Positions 47,511 through 58,522 of a stretch of DNA of 64,000 nucleotides are shown here, piece by piece. Under the pieces are notes generated by a model. It was not told the DNA's origin and did no database searches. It saw only the letters and a program-made list of their open reading frames with translations. Positions within the stretch are counted from its first letter, which is position 1. Each line of letters begins with the position of its first letter. Origin of the DNA: a virus; IMG/VR virus record IMGVR_UViG_3300001681_000071, positions 1 through 64,000 of that record. One strand, written 5' to 3'. Made by a program: the position numbers and the translations under genes.

Positions 47511-50500
47511 TAAACAACTTCCTGTAAGCTAATGGACATATTGCCAATTGGTTTCCATTGAAGATTGCGTTGATCATAGTACCAACCTTCATTATCCAGA
47601 GAAGTAGAGCCGTTATACTTAGATAAAATTAGATTGTCCGTCCTTTCCTTCGTAAAACCATTGAAGAACACAATTGGCCTTTTAGAATAGCTAGATAAAC
47701 TTCTCAACGAATCTCTTATTTTAAGTCTTTCCTCTTCACTCACATCGCCAACGATACTGAGGGTTAACTCTCGATTTGGTGGCCCTTCGTTGTAGCACCA
47801 GTAAACCCCACTACGGGTGGTGAATTCTGTTTGGTTAGGGGTCTCCTCGTCTGAATATGCCCAATCAAGAGGAACATTAAAGTCAAACTTCTGACCACCT
47901 ACAATGGTTCCTATTCGCACATGCCCTTCATATGTATAAGGCGTAGTAGATGCCAACCTAAAGATAGGCAAATGAACCATATTATCAAATTCAACTACAG
48001 AACGGTCTGCAAAAATCGCAACTGAAGTTCCAACCATAGATGCTTGAGAAATCTTACTTACATCTGGTGCTTCAAACGTGAAAGAGTCGGATCCAATATG
48101 ATTATCAATCTTAAACACAGCATTTGTTGGATAATAAAAGGTATCTGCCGTATTTGTTATTTCTAAGTAGAACGATCTTTTATCGGAAGAAGATAATGAC
48201 CCACCACGAACAATGTCCTCGTTTTCAGTACCAGCATATCCGGCACCAAAATAATCAATGACCCAAACTCCTTCCGTTACACTGGAAACACGACCAGTAA
48301 TGATTGTTGCATCAAAATCTTTAGATGTTGTAATCACAGTAGCAGCAGTAGAACGATAGGAAACTGTCCCCCTACGAATGTTTGTATTGAATAAAGCAAC
48401 ACACCGATGACTAAATACCTTGTCATTTGGTGCTTTAAAATCCAACACTACACTTGAAGGAGAGGTCTCTGATCTAAACATGGTTCTTGGAGAAGCAAAA
48501 GCGACAGCATTTTTAGAACTATATGAAAAGGCATTTGAGGCAGAGTAAGAGTCTCCATCCATTCCACCTGTTCCTCCCCACACAATCTCTATCTTATCGT
48601 TCATTAATACAGGTTCTCCTGTCATTAGCTTTCCGCGTGGAACATCTTTACGTTCCACATACTTCCATGGGCTTGTTGCGATACCGCTAAAATCACTATG
48701 TAGCTGACACATCAAGGCAGAGGAAGTTAAATCATTCGACCTATGAACACCGAAGTTTTGGAATTCAATAACAGTAGGGCCGCTAGGAGCAACAGTCGGT
48801 GTGTGTGGAAATAATCCGAATGAAACTGCTTGGTGCCACGGATTTGTTGTAGTGGAATTAACAAAAGATGGAGCAACATAATCGCTATCTGATGTTGTAG
48901 TTGATGACTTTGGGTAAACCATTGGAGTAGAGTACCAAGTCTCTGTTCCCTTTTTCCGAGCCATTAAAAGACACGCAGTTCTAATATTGGGATTGGCCTT
49001 AGTTGCCGACCAAACGCCTTGAACGGATAATGGATACCATCCCCACCTAAATTCAACAAAGCTGTCTTTAAAGAAATCAGTGCTTGGGCTTATAGTAGCT
49101 AATGCTATGTTCTGTCTTTCATCCCAAATTATTGCATAGCTTTTTCTAAGTCGAACACTACATCTAACTAGTGCGCCCTTAAAGTATGGTGGTGTCGTTA
49201 CTGGCGGTTCCCATATACTCATAGAATCTAACATAAAACTATTGAGACTAATCCCAGCAATCAGTGTAGTATTTTGAACTACAGAAGATGTATTTTCACG
49301 ACGGATTTTTGAGGTCCATACTATACAAGAGCCATGCCCATTAGTTGCTGGGATACTTACATCTGGTGGCGGTGCCGTACTCCACCAATAACCAGAATTA
49401 TACGGACTTATTGTCCCCGCATTATCTGGTACAAAGCACCAATTAACATCTGGCGTGGCCTGGTTTCTATAGATCCCAAGTGGATTAACAGCACTGACGC
49501 TCGCGTCATAATCATACTGACATATACCGGCAGAAGGGGACCAAACTGTGTTGTTGTTCCATGTAGATCCATTTCTGAAAGGGTATGCACCAACCCCCGG
49601 ATCTTGGAATGTATATGCTGCATATGTTTCAACATTGTATGCAATATTAGCTAATTTCAAGCTTTCGGTAGTTAGATTTTGTGTGCAATATCTAATGCTT
49701 CTCTTAAAAGGAGTATTAAGGGAAGAGTTGGTTGGAGTATTGTTCTCAGCCGGTGAGCCAATTGTTATGTCCCAATAAGGAGCGAAAATAGCGCCTTTTG
49801 GTTGCCAAGGATTTAATTCATCTAAAGACTTCTTACCCATTAGAAAAGAGTCAGGATAGTTACCAGCATTAAATGACCGTACAGGAGCTATTGACCATCC
49901 ACCCATCTTGTAATAAAAAATAAGAGCTAAGTTTGAATTTATGCCGGTGTTTCTATCGTATGCCTTATGAAAGAAAGAGAGAGATCCACCAGCCCAAAAG
50001 AGTTTTCCAACAGCCGGTAAATGGCGTATAGCACAGTTAAACCCAGTAATTCCGAACTCCGTGTCGCTACTGTCTACTGACCCAAGTGCTGTCCAGTTTA
50101 CTTCTTGGAGGTTAGATCCTAACGGTATCCTCTCCATATTATATTCTATGGCATCACTGGTATTCTCAACATTCAAATAATTATTCCTCTGACATAGATG
50201 AGAATAATAAATGACTAAATGAGCATCGGTTTTGCACATAAAGGGCTTCTCCGACCCCCACGAACCACGATGATGTATGTTTAGATTTTCTTGACCCTGA
50301 AAAGCACCTGATCCGGTAGCCATATACCCGGTATAGGCCATAATCCCATTTTGGCTAAGATTTATATAGCTATCATAATCTTCTAAAAATGGATTTGGAT
50401 CTGCTGATTCTGTTCTCTCAAACCATACATCAACATCTGGCTTAACCATTAGAACAAAGGTTCCGCTATCGTCTGCCGATGAAACATCGAACGACCACTT

Positions 50501-51523
50501 TGGGCCATTAAAATCAACTGTGCCCGGAACTATATCAAATTGATTTGTTAGACCCCAACTGGATCCACCATCAATACTAACCAACCCCAATAGATACCAA
50601 GAGTCAATAAACTCCAAATCAGACCTGCTACCAAACGGAGTAGAAGCTACGGTAACATCTTCTCGTCCAGCTACTGTTTCTGTATTTTTAGATGACGGGT
50701 CTTTGACTTCTCTTGCTGTATTAGCCGATACATACTCAACACACACAATTCGCAAGTAGTAACCGCTTGATACAAGCCTTATCTCGTCAAGTCCAGCAGC
50801 TTTTCTACCAAGAAATCTTGATGTGACCCTATCGCAAATTGCTGTCCACTCCAATCCGTCTTCAGAAGAAAAAATAGTTATGTCATTATTGCTTATGATT
50901 GCCATTCTGAACGTACCGTCAGGCATTACGCAAACATCAATACCGTGATATGGCAATTTATGTTGTGATAACTGTTTTGACGATGTTCTTATCTGCCAAT
51001 TGCTTGCTGTTGTCCAAGACTGTTCGTAATTAGACGCCCCTGCATTTCGGTATCGCGTCTGAATAGATCCAGTAGGATAGCGCGTTGAAGCCAAGTTCTT
51101 ATATGTGTATAAGTATTCTTTTTTCAATTTGGGATTGTATACAGCAGCCAGCGAATTCATTTGAAAACTTGCTGCCCCACTATCAAACGGGTCTGAAAAG
51201 TCATGGCGATACCGTATATCGTGCTGACCATAGTAGTTATCGTCGCTCTTGGTCTTGTCTTTCCACGTCCAAGTTGCTTCTCCCAACGAACCGCTTGTTT
51301 GTGCTCTTAAATCATACTCTGTAGACTGTGTTGGTACTCCCATAGCAAAAGCTGAGTTGTTGCCTAAATTCGTGCTTGCTGGCGTTATGCTGGGTGAAAT
51401 CAATGCTGGCTTGGTTGGAACCGCTAAAGGAGCATTTGCCGAAGTCATCACCTCTGCTTCCGTTAGCAGTGGGTCTGGAAGAATAAAGAACTGAGTAACA
51501 TTATTTGACGAAAATAGTGGCAT
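47510..51523 (-). CDS. large minor tail protein
   Basis: 1337 aa, beta-rich, directly after the tape measure. Confidence 0.7.
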   Translation of the reverse strand: MPLFSSNNVTQFFILPDPLLTEAEVMTSANAPLAVPTKPALISPSITPASTNLGNNSAFAMGVPTQSTEYDLRAQTSGSLGEATWTWKDKTKSDDNYYGQHDIRYRHDFSDPFDSGAASFQMNSLAAVYNPKLKKEYLYTYKNLASTRYPTGSIQTRYRNAGASNYEQSWTTASNWQIRTSSKQLSQHKLPYHGIDVCVMPDGTFRMAIISNNDITIFSSEDGLEWTAICDRVTSRFLGRKAAGLDEIRLVSSGYYLRIVCVEYVSANTAREVKDPSSKNTETVAGREDVTVASTPFGSRSDLEFIDSWYLLGLVSIDGGSSWGLTNQFDIVPGTVDFNGPKWSFDVSSADDSGTFVLMVKPDVDVWFERTESADPNPFLEDYDSYINLSQNGIMAYTGYMATGSGAFQGQENLNIHHRGSWGSEKPFMCKTDAHLVIYYSHLCQRNNYLNVENTSDAIEYNMERIPLGSNLQEVNWTALGSVDSSDTEFGITGFNCAIRHLPAVGKLFWAGGSLSFFHKAYDRNTGINSNLALIFYYKMGGWSIAPVRSFNAGNYPDSFLMGKKSLDELNPWQPKGAIFAPYWDITIGSPAENNTPTNSSLNTPFKRSIRYCTQNLTTESLKLANIAYNVETYAAYTFQDPGVGAYPFRNGSTWNNNTVWSPSAGICQYDYDASVSAVNPLGIYRNQATPDVNWCFVPDNAGTISPYNSGYWWSTAPPPDVSIPATNGHGSCIVWTSKIRRENTSSVVQNTTLIAGISLNSFMLDSMSIWEPPVTTPPYFKGALVRCSVRLRKSYAIIWDERQNIALATISPSTDFFKDSFVEFRWGWYPLSVQGVWSATKANPNIRTACLLMARKKGTETWYSTPMVYPKSSTTTSDSDYVAPSFVNSTTTNPWHQAVSFGLFPHTPTVAPSGPTVIEFQNFGVHRSNDLTSSALMCQLHSDFSGIATSPWKYVERKDVPRGKLMTGEPVLMNDKIEIVWGGTGGMDGDSYSASNAFSYSSKNAVAFASPRTMFRSETSPSSVVLDFKAPNDKVFSHRCVALFNTNIRRGTVSYRSTAATVITTSKDFDATIITGRVSSVTEGVWVIDYFGAGYAGTENEDIVRGGSLSSSDKRSFYLEITNTADTFYYPTNAVFKIDNHIGSDSFTFEAPDVSKISQASMVGTSVAIFADRSVVEFDNMVHLPIFRLASTTPYTYEGHVRIGTIVGGQKFDFNVPLDWAYSDEETPNQTEFTTRSGVYWCYNEGPPNRELTLSIVGDVSEEERLKIRDSLRSLSSYSKRPIVFFNGFTKERTDNLILSKYNGSTSLDNEGWYYDQRNLQWKPIGNMSISLQEVV

Positions 51524-51525
51524 TA

Positions 51526-54500
51526 TTAACTCGCAAATTTATTGAAACGGCCTCTACTGTAGCCAACGGTTACACCGCTTGCTCGTCTTAGCCTTTTTGT
51601 CATTTCTGGGGCATGTCCCCTCTTCATTGCTGTTATCTGAACAGCATCTAACAACCGTCCTTCCGCTATAATAGCTATATCTATCGGGGCAGACCCACCA
51701 TATGTTGGTGGAACAACAGGTGGCCCAGCAGCAGCAGCAGAAAGACTAGTAGCATATGACCCAATACTATTGGTTGCAGCCATAAGCGATTGGCGTATCA
51801 GTTCAGATGGTTGCTGTGCAGCTATAATGTAGTCTCCAGCAGCAAATGAAGCCATTAAGCCCTCTTGCCCAACCCGTATAGGAGCAGGTGTATCGTTAAA
51901 CATAGACCAATTTGATGGCTTGAGCCTTGAGTCCTCCCACCACTCTGAAACAGATTTATCCTCAGAAGGATGCTCCTCATCCCAAGCATCAGCTTCGGCT
52001 TGTTTCTCCTTTAGCTTCTCTATAAGCGGAAACATGCTTAGAATCGCTTTACCAAATACCTCTGCCATATGAACGGCTACTCCAAACACAGCCTTCCTAA
52101 ACGTTTCGCTACCAAGAGTTGCCTCCAGTATGCCTTGGAGAATATTGCCAAAAATATCCATTACGGCTTCAAAGGCAGAAGAGCTAACCACCCTCTCCAT
52201 TGTTGCGGTCAGGAGTTCTGAAACCGCATCTATTAAGCTTTTTATTAGCTTCTGCATTGGGCCACTAATCTGGTTCAATACGTCAGAAGACCCCTCAACT
52301 ACTCTTTTTAATATATGGAGATTGCTTATTATTGAGCGTATTGCGTCAGCTATCCTTCCAGAGTTGGAAGATATACTACTTACAAACGTCTTAACAATAG
52401 TAGGAAGCGCAGTTGCAACTGCATCTATAACGCCACCAGCACCTTCAATTGCTGTTCTAAAGAAATTCGGAAGTCCAGTAGCCAGAGAAGAGAGGACCTT
52501 TGGTGCCGCAGAACTAACGGCTGCAAATAACTTGGGCAGTCCAGCTATTAAAGCGTCCAAAACGGCTGGGGTTACCGCGACAAGTGACGTTGCGAAGTCT
52601 GTTGCAGCCTCTATCTTTGCTCCAACCCCTTTTTTCGCTGTTTCACGTGTAAAGGAGGCAGAACGAGCCTCACCTATGCGACGTTCACGGTCTGCTGCGC
52701 TTATCTCTCCTTCCTCGAATAATTTACTTGCTTCGTCTATTTGCTTTTGACGTTCAGACGCCACACTCGCTGCAATTCCTTTAATCATTGACAATGGATT
52801 TAAATCAAGGCCACCCGTCATAAATGACAAAGACGATTTAAAGACGCCCACGACCTTCTTTATTCCGGCTATTGCTACTTTTACAATCTTAACTGTTAGC
52901 CGTATCATGCCACCAATAACTTTAGCTGCTACCACTCCTATAGCAAGAACACCAGCAGCAATAACTGCAAGTGGGCCAGCAAGACCCGCAAGAGCCACAG
53001 CACCATCCTTTCCAAGCGACTTAAATAATGGGCCTAACTTCTTCAAACCCGTTGCTGTATCTGTCCCTTTAGTGGCAAATTCACCAATCCCACGTTTCCA
53101 ATCTTTCCAGGCACTACGAAGACCCGATTCTTTCCACGCATTACGAAAACCCGATTCTTTCCACGCGCTACTAAGACCCGATACACTGTTTTTAGCTAAC
53201 TCAATAATATCAACCAACCCACGTAGGCCAGCCCCTGCCGATTGTGCTGCTTTTCCAATATCTACAATCCCTTGTGGCAACACGGACGTTAGCAGGTCAC
53301 CCATAGCTGCTTGGGAGTCAATATCTCTGAGGTTTTCTAAAAACTTAATTGCAGCTTTCTTTTTTTCTTCGTCTTTTATGCCCCTAGTCGTCTTCTCCCT
53401 AGTCTCAAACTCTTCATTCACTTCAGTTAATTTTTCATAATACTGTCTAAACGCACCTATCTTCTCTTTGAAGGACGCAGACCTTATGTTCGTTTCTAAG
53501 GTGGTAAGACGCTGAACTTTTTTAATGTATTGCAACTCTACATTGTACAGGTCTTCTAAAATCTGTTCTTCAAGCCGTGCCCTTTCTTCCCACTGTTCGA
53601 GATTCAGCGCGGCTACAAGGTAAAGGGTTTCTTTCCTTTTATAGTCCTCCTTTGTTTTCTCCATGCTTTTGCGGTGTGTCTCATCGAGAATTTCCAATTC
53701 GCTTTTAGAAGCGTTCTCATTTACCGCTTTTATTTTCTTAACAAGCTCCTCTTCCAATCGTAAAAGCTCTTCATCGCGTATAGCAGCAGCAAGAACAATT
53801 TCCTTAGTTATCTGTTCTTGCTTTTTCCTTTCGCCCTCTATTTCGTTTAGTGCGTTCTCTTTCGCAAGATTTGCTTCTTCCTTTGCTATCTTTTTCTCTC
53901 CTTCTAACCTTTCAAGTTGCAACGCTAAAACCTCTCTTGAGGCCTTAGTACCAGCAAGCGTCCTTACGGTTTTCTTTGATGATGCTATCTCTTTTTCAAG
54001 ATGACTAATGTGTTCTTCAAGATCACTTAAATCAGGACTTAAATCAATCTTCTTCATCTCCTTTTCTAGCTCAGTCATTAGACCTATCTGCTTCTCGTTC
54101 ATTGCATTTAGATCAATAATTCTCTGATCATATGACTTTTTTATTTTAGTCTCTTCACTGTCTGTCATTCCAGCAAATGTATCGGATAGGTCTTTGCGTA
54201 CAGCTTTTACATTTTCGTTATACTCTGCGATTAGTATTTTCGCTTCTCCTGACAGACCCGCGAGCAAGGCGGCCTCATGCCCACCACCTAACTCTTGAAC
54301 AATCCCAATAGGCGCGTCTTCTATCTTGTGCCTAAATGCTATTGCCGCTCTCTCTGCCTCGTTTAGAGCAAGAGCGAGTTCGACTCTTCTCGCTAACTCC
54401 TTGTTGTATTGGGAAAGGGCCTTGGTTGACTTTTTAAGAGCCTGTTCTTGTTTTCTTGTTGCCCCAGGACCTATGTTTTTATCTCGGAGTTCACCCAGCT

Positions 54501-57474
54501 TTTTTTCTGCGTGGATTTGATTTTTTACTTGCTGTCCCGCTGTCTTTGCTCCCTGTTCATATCCACGTAGATGCTTTCGGTTTACTTCAAGCTGTGCGTC
54601 AACTGCTGCCGCATTTCTTTGTATTATTGTATATAGGTCTTTGAGGTCAGCGTGTTCACTAGGTAAGTCAAATGCTTTCATCCCCAGCCGCATACGCTCC
54701 GTATTTAATGATTTAAAGGATGCGATCATTGCAGCGTGGGTGGTTCTATTGTTCTCGCCATACTTATGTTCAGCGGCAGCGACCTCCTTTATTGTCTTAT
54801 GATACATCTCTTGTCTAGCAGTAAGAGTTTCAATAGTACCAGCAAAAAACTTACTTCTCTTTGAAGCATTCTCTTGTATTTTAAGACCGTCAGCCATACC
54901 CTCTTGAAGTAATCTCTGAGCAGCAGACCAAGACAAAACAGCAATTTTTCCTTTATGAATTATTTTAGTCAGATGGCCCTTTGATAAACCGTTCGCTATC
55001 TGTTCTGCTGTAAGTGTAGATAACGTATCGAGTTCATTTCTAAGAACACCTCCAAGTTTATGCCGCGACTCTAATTCTTTCTTCAAATTCACCAGAGTTT
55101 TGTTCTGGACTTTCTCAATTTTTACACCCTGCTTACGATATGTTTCCGCATCATCCTCCTGAATTTTCTGTATGGCCTTAGCTCCACCAAGAGCCCTTGC
55201 GCCAGCCAATGCAGCATTATCAGCAGCGGTTTCATACATGACCCAAGCAGCGATAGTGGCAACTATGGCTGCAACAATTCCCAATGGGCCTAACATGGCT
55301 GCTCTAAGTCGTACCATCGCGGAAGCAGTACCATCAGCAGCCACTCTAGCCGCTATAAATGCTTTTGATAGCTTATCTACGACTGTTATCAGCGAAGCAA
55401 CCCCTGCTAATATGCTTGAAGATACAAACACAAACAGCAGAGATTTCCCTAAAAACTTAATTGCATCTCTCGCTTGATATACAAACCGTACAAATTCAAG
55501 TAGCGCAGCAACCATAGAAGTTGCACCCGCAGCAAATTGATCTGCAAAATCCTCCGAGCTTTTTGTCATATCAGAAAACAACAATGTGAGTTGAGTTCCG
55601 ATTACAAGTTTCATTCCTCTAAAAGCTTCAGCGGTTCTATCTATGATAACTTTAAGTCCACCTATGAAGTCGCCAAGATTTGATTGGTCTCCACTACCGC
55701 CTTCGTTCATTAGTTCAAAAACAGTTATTAAAAGCTCTTCAAAGGCAGAACGCAAGATAAGGGCTCTGTTGCTTACAGCCGTTATCTGCTGTTCATATGT
55801 TCTTTTAGTAAGTCCTTCTGCGATCCCCTTATCAATTTCGACCATTATCATATTGAAACTATTGGACTCTTCAGAGGCAGTAGCAAACTCCTTGGAAATT
55901 TGAGCGATACTACCAGCAGCTCTCTTTGAGACAAGACTAACAATGTCTCCCATCTTCATGTTAGCCTTTCCAATCGTTGTCATTATCTCAGCAAAAGAAT
56001 TGGAAACAGGGTTTACCTCTTCCATTGTAATGCCGTATTTTTCCAACGCTTCTTGGGCTCTTGCTGTTGGTCGAGATAGTGCCAACATTGCCTGTCTAAA
56101 CTGTGTACCCGCGATGGAGCCTTCAAGTCCCAGGTCTCTAAACAACGCTAACGCTGTAGTTGTATCTTTCAGGCTCATTCCAAGCGCAGCACCAACCGAA
56201 CCCCCGTATCTCATAGCAATAGTTAAACTTTCAACATCTAAAAGAGAGTTTTGTAGTGCCCCGGTAAATGTATCTACAACCTCAGTAGACTTATCGGAAG
56301 TCAGGTTGAACTGAGCCATTGTTGCTGCAAGTAGCTGAGTAGCATTCGACATTGACGTTGCATTAGCACCAGCAAAGTTAAGAGCATCACCAGACACTTC
56401 CAAAATAGAGTTAGCATCCATACCAGCTCGCGCCAACGCTTGCATGGCATCAGCAGCCTCAGTAGCCGTAAAAAGGGTGGTCCTACCGAGTTGTCGCGCT
56501 GTGTCCTCCATATCTTGCATCTGTTGGATGCCTTCGGAAGTGCCCAAATTAATTCCACGTATCGAAGCAAGTGTGATGATTGATTTCTCAAAATCAGAAC
56601 CAACTTTCAATACAGCAACGCCTAGTGCTGCTGCCGCAAACGCAGCAACCTGGAAGGCCATTACAAGTGGTCCCATCATAAACGAATGTAAGGATTTCAC
56701 AGAACCGTGGAAGTCTTCCATGGCTCTTTTCTTCGCTGCTGCTTCACGTTTATGAATAGCAGCTATTTTCTTCGATGTAGCCTTTTCTTCTCGTTCTCTA
56801 CGATTTCGTGCCGCCTTTTCTACTCTTACTCGCTTTTTAATTCCGGCTAGCCGGTCTTTTTCTAGCCTCGACCAAAACTCATTTAGGGCCGTTTCGTTGG
56901 CCTTTTCTTTCTTGCGATTTGCATCCTTTACTCTTTCCAGCTTTTTAATTCCGGCTATCCGGTCTTTTTCGAGCCCGTCCCAAATGCTTTCCAGCGCTTC
57001 TGCCGTAGCTTTTTGTGACGCTAATACTTTCTTGTCTGCTGCCTTAGCGCGTTTTATATGTTCTGCTTTGAGCTTCTTCGAGTAGCTTTCCCACGCTTCT
57101 GCTGTAGCTTTTTGTGACGCTAAGTTTTTCTTATCTGCTGCCTTAGAATCTCGTTCCTCCTTACTCTTAATAGCCCTTTTCGCTGCCCTGGCCTCTTTAT
57201 CCAGTTGTATTTCTTTTAAAACCGTACCTTTATACGCTTCTAAGAGTTTTTCATTTGTTAGCTTTACTTCTGCAAGTTCTTTTCTGTGTGCCTGTAGTTT
57301 CTTGTCCCTGCGTTTTTTGTCGCGCCTTGCCCTCTTTTCCCTGCCCTTTTCAAGCTTATTCTCTTCTCTCTTTTGCTTCTTCATTAGATCAAGAAGCTTA
57401 TCAAAGCTTTGTGATACCTCAGTGGCGTCAACCTTAATAGAGATGCCAAGATCAGCAATATTTATAACAGCCAT
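51526..57474 (-). CDS. tape measure protein
   Basis: 1982 aa; ARQLGRTTLFTATEAADAMQALARAG and GLEGSIAGT TP901-type core; coiled coils and TM segments. Confidence 0.93.
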   Translation of the reverse strand: MAVINIADLGISIKVDATEVSQSFDKLLDLMKKQKREENKLEKGREKRARRDKKRRDKKLQAHRKELAEVKLTNEKLLEAYKGTVLKEIQLDKEARAAKRAIKSKEERDSKAADKKNLASQKATAEAWESYSKKLKAEHIKRAKAADKKVLASQKATAEALESIWDGLEKDRIAGIKKLERVKDANRKKEKANETALNEFWSRLEKDRLAGIKKRVRVEKAARNRREREEKATSKKIAAIHKREAAAKKRAMEDFHGSVKSLHSFMMGPLVMAFQVAAFAAAALGVAVLKVGSDFEKSIITLASIRGINLGTSEGIQQMQDMEDTARQLGRTTLFTATEAADAMQALARAGMDANSILEVSGDALNFAGANATSMSNATQLLAATMAQFNLTSDKSTEVVDTFTGALQNSLLDVESLTIAMRYGGSVGAALGMSLKDTTTALALFRDLGLEGSIAGTQFRQAMLALSRPTARAQEALEKYGITMEEVNPVSNSFAEIMTTIGKANMKMGDIVSLVSKRAAGSIAQISKEFATASEESNSFNMIMVEIDKGIAEGLTKRTYEQQITAVSNRALILRSAFEELLITVFELMNEGGSGDQSNLGDFIGGLKVIIDRTAEAFRGMKLVIGTQLTLLFSDMTKSSEDFADQFAAGATSMVAALLEFVRFVYQARDAIKFLGKSLLFVFVSSSILAGVASLITVVDKLSKAFIAARVAADGTASAMVRLRAAMLGPLGIVAAIVATIAAWVMYETAADNAALAGARALGGAKAIQKIQEDDAETYRKQGVKIEKVQNKTLVNLKKELESRHKLGGVLRNELDTLSTLTAEQIANGLSKGHLTKIIHKGKIAVLSWSAAQRLLQEGMADGLKIQENASKRSKFFAGTIETLTARQEMYHKTIKEVAAAEHKYGENNRTTHAAMIASFKSLNTERMRLGMKAFDLPSEHADLKDLYTIIQRNAAAVDAQLEVNRKHLRGYEQGAKTAGQQVKNQIHAEKKLGELRDKNIGPGATRKQEQALKKSTKALSQYNKELARRVELALALNEAERAAIAFRHKIEDAPIGIVQELGGGHEAALLAGLSGEAKILIAEYNENVKAVRKDLSDTFAGMTDSEETKIKKSYDQRIIDLNAMNEKQIGLMTELEKEMKKIDLSPDLSDLEEHISHLEKEIASSKKTVRTLAGTKASREVLALQLERLEGEKKIAKEEANLAKENALNEIEGERKKQEQITKEIVLAAAIRDEELLRLEEELVKKIKAVNENASKSELEILDETHRKSMEKTKEDYKRKETLYLVAALNLEQWEERARLEEQILEDLYNVELQYIKKVQRLTTLETNIRSASFKEKIGAFRQYYEKLTEVNEEFETREKTTRGIKDEEKKKAAIKFLENLRDIDSQAAMGDLLTSVLPQGIVDIGKAAQSAGAGLRGLVDIIELAKNSVSGLSSAWKESGFRNAWKESGLRSAWKDWKRGIGEFATKGTDTATGLKKLGPLFKSLGKDGAVALAGLAGPLAVIAAGVLAIGVVAAKVIGGMIRLTVKIVKVAIAGIKKVVGVFKSSLSFMTGGLDLNPLSMIKGIAASVASERQKQIDEASKLFEEGEISAADRERRIGEARSASFTRETAKKGVGAKIEAATDFATSLVAVTPAVLDALIAGLPKLFAAVSSAAPKVLSSLATGLPNFFRTAIEGAGGVIDAVATALPTIVKTFVSSISSNSGRIADAIRSIISNLHILKRVVEGSSDVLNQISGPMQKLIKSLIDAVSELLTATMERVVSSSAFEAVMDIFGNILQGILEATLGSETFRKAVFGVAVHMAEVFGKAILSMFPLIEKLKEKQAEADAWDEEHPSEDKSVSEWWEDSRLKPSNWSMFNDTPAPIRVGQEGLMASFAAGDYIIAAQQPSELIRQSLMAATNSIGSYATSLSAAAAGPPVVPPTYGGSAPIDIAIIAEGRLLDAVQITAMKRGHAPEMTKRLRRASGVTVGYSRGRFNKFAS

Positions 57475-57477
57475 GTA

Positions 57478-57846
57478 TCACCCATTAACGACAGGAACAT
57501 TTCCATAGACCTTACTTAATTTAGCCAATAATTCCGCCTTCTTTTGCTCCTTACTAACTCCCTTATTGGATTTTCTGGTCTTTGGTGGTTTTTTAGCTCC
57601 AAATGCAGAGGCAACAGGGTCCATTACCATCTCTATCATCGAGAGCTTGTGACGCATTGCGGCTCTTGAAGCCAAGCCAATCTGGTCAAAGCTCATATCA
57701 AGTATTTGTTCAAAACTTAAACCACAAGAAAGCAACGTTCCTAATGAACGCTCCAACGACTCAACTTTTTCTTCTTCTGTTACATGTTCGCTGTTATTGA
57801 TTTCACTGCTTGGCTCGCCTTTCTCGCCAGCCGTATAAACAAAGGG
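57478..57846 (-). CDS. tail assembly chaperone, frameshifted extension (T part of GT)
   Basis: The -1 frame is open from CCCTTTG through VYTAGEKGE...ERSLGTLLSCG to the stop at 57478. Confidence 0.8.
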   Translation of the reverse strand, partial: PFVYTAGEKGEPSSEINNSEHVTEEEKVESLERSLGTLLSCGLSFEQILDMSFDQIGLASRAAMRHKLSMIEMVMDPVASAFGAKKPPKTRKSNKGVSKEQKKAELLAKLSKVYGNVPVVNG

Positions 57847-58325
57847 ATTATGGCGGCTATCATCTCCTCTAGTGGAAATAGGTCTGCTGCTGCCAAATCA
57901 CTGTCCTCAAAAGGAAAGCCTTGTTCAGTCGCCTTCTTCTTTACGCTGGCGATTAAAAGTGGTTGAGACACCGAAAAGCAATTGGAGATCACCCTTAGCA
58001 CATCATCATTATCAGCAACCGACATAATCAAATCAAACATAGAAGAAGCGTCATTCGCAAATGGCATCTCCGTAAAGCTAAGAGACTTCAATTTTTCAAA
58101 CTGTCTTAGCACTTTTATCTGAACACGTGCGCTGGCGACTGTCCTTACCATGTGCTTTCCGCCTAATACATCTTGAACCTCGATTTCATCATCAGGTATC
58201 AATGTTTTCAACACGTTTTGAAGCGTATAACCAGCATCGGCTATTGTCAGTTGTTCTTCTACTTCTTCTACTTCTTCTTTTGGGATTTCTGGTTCAGAGG
58301 CGTGTGCCACTTCTGGATCTGTCAT
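57780..58325 (-). CDS. tail assembly chaperone (G)
   Basis: Upstream of the tape measure; SD AGGAG; slippery heptamer near the 3' end. Confidence 0.8.
   Translation of the reverse strand: MTDPEVAHASEPEIPKEEVEEVEEQLTIADAGYTLQNVLKTLIPDDEIEVQDVLGGKHMVRTVASARVQIKVLRQFEKLKSLSFTEMPFANDASSMFDLIMSVADNDDVLRVISNCFSVSQPLLIASVKKKATEQGFPFEDSDLAAADLFPLEEMIAAIIPLFIRLARKASQAVKSITANM
57840..57846 (-). other. programmed -1 ribosomal frameshift site C CCT TTG
   Basis: X XXY YYZ heptamer in the correct phase, joining the two ORFs. Confidence 0.8.
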
Positions 58326-58462
58326 TGTTTACTCCTACGTCATGCGTATTTTTGGGTAATAATTTTATATTACCTTATCATAACGGATACCAAAAAACCT
58401 ACAAATTACACCGATAGTAAACAAAAAAAGAACGGAAAAGACCCCCCGAACCCGATTCAATA

Positions 58463-58471
58463 TGTTATACT
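58463..58471 (+). promoter_or_regulatory. extended -10 promoter element (TGTTATACT) for the inverted island
   Basis: TGnTATACT about 50 bp upstream of ATG 58523. Confidence 0.5.
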
Positions 58472-58522
58472 ATATGAGTAACCAGAAGTGTAATTAATCA
58501 TACTCATAACCAGGGAAGAACA

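Noticed and set aside
52130-57508. Numerous + strand ORFs opposite the tape measure (and similar antisense ORFs elsewhere)
   Set aside because: Shadow ORFs of long coding genes, with no SD or recognisable motifs
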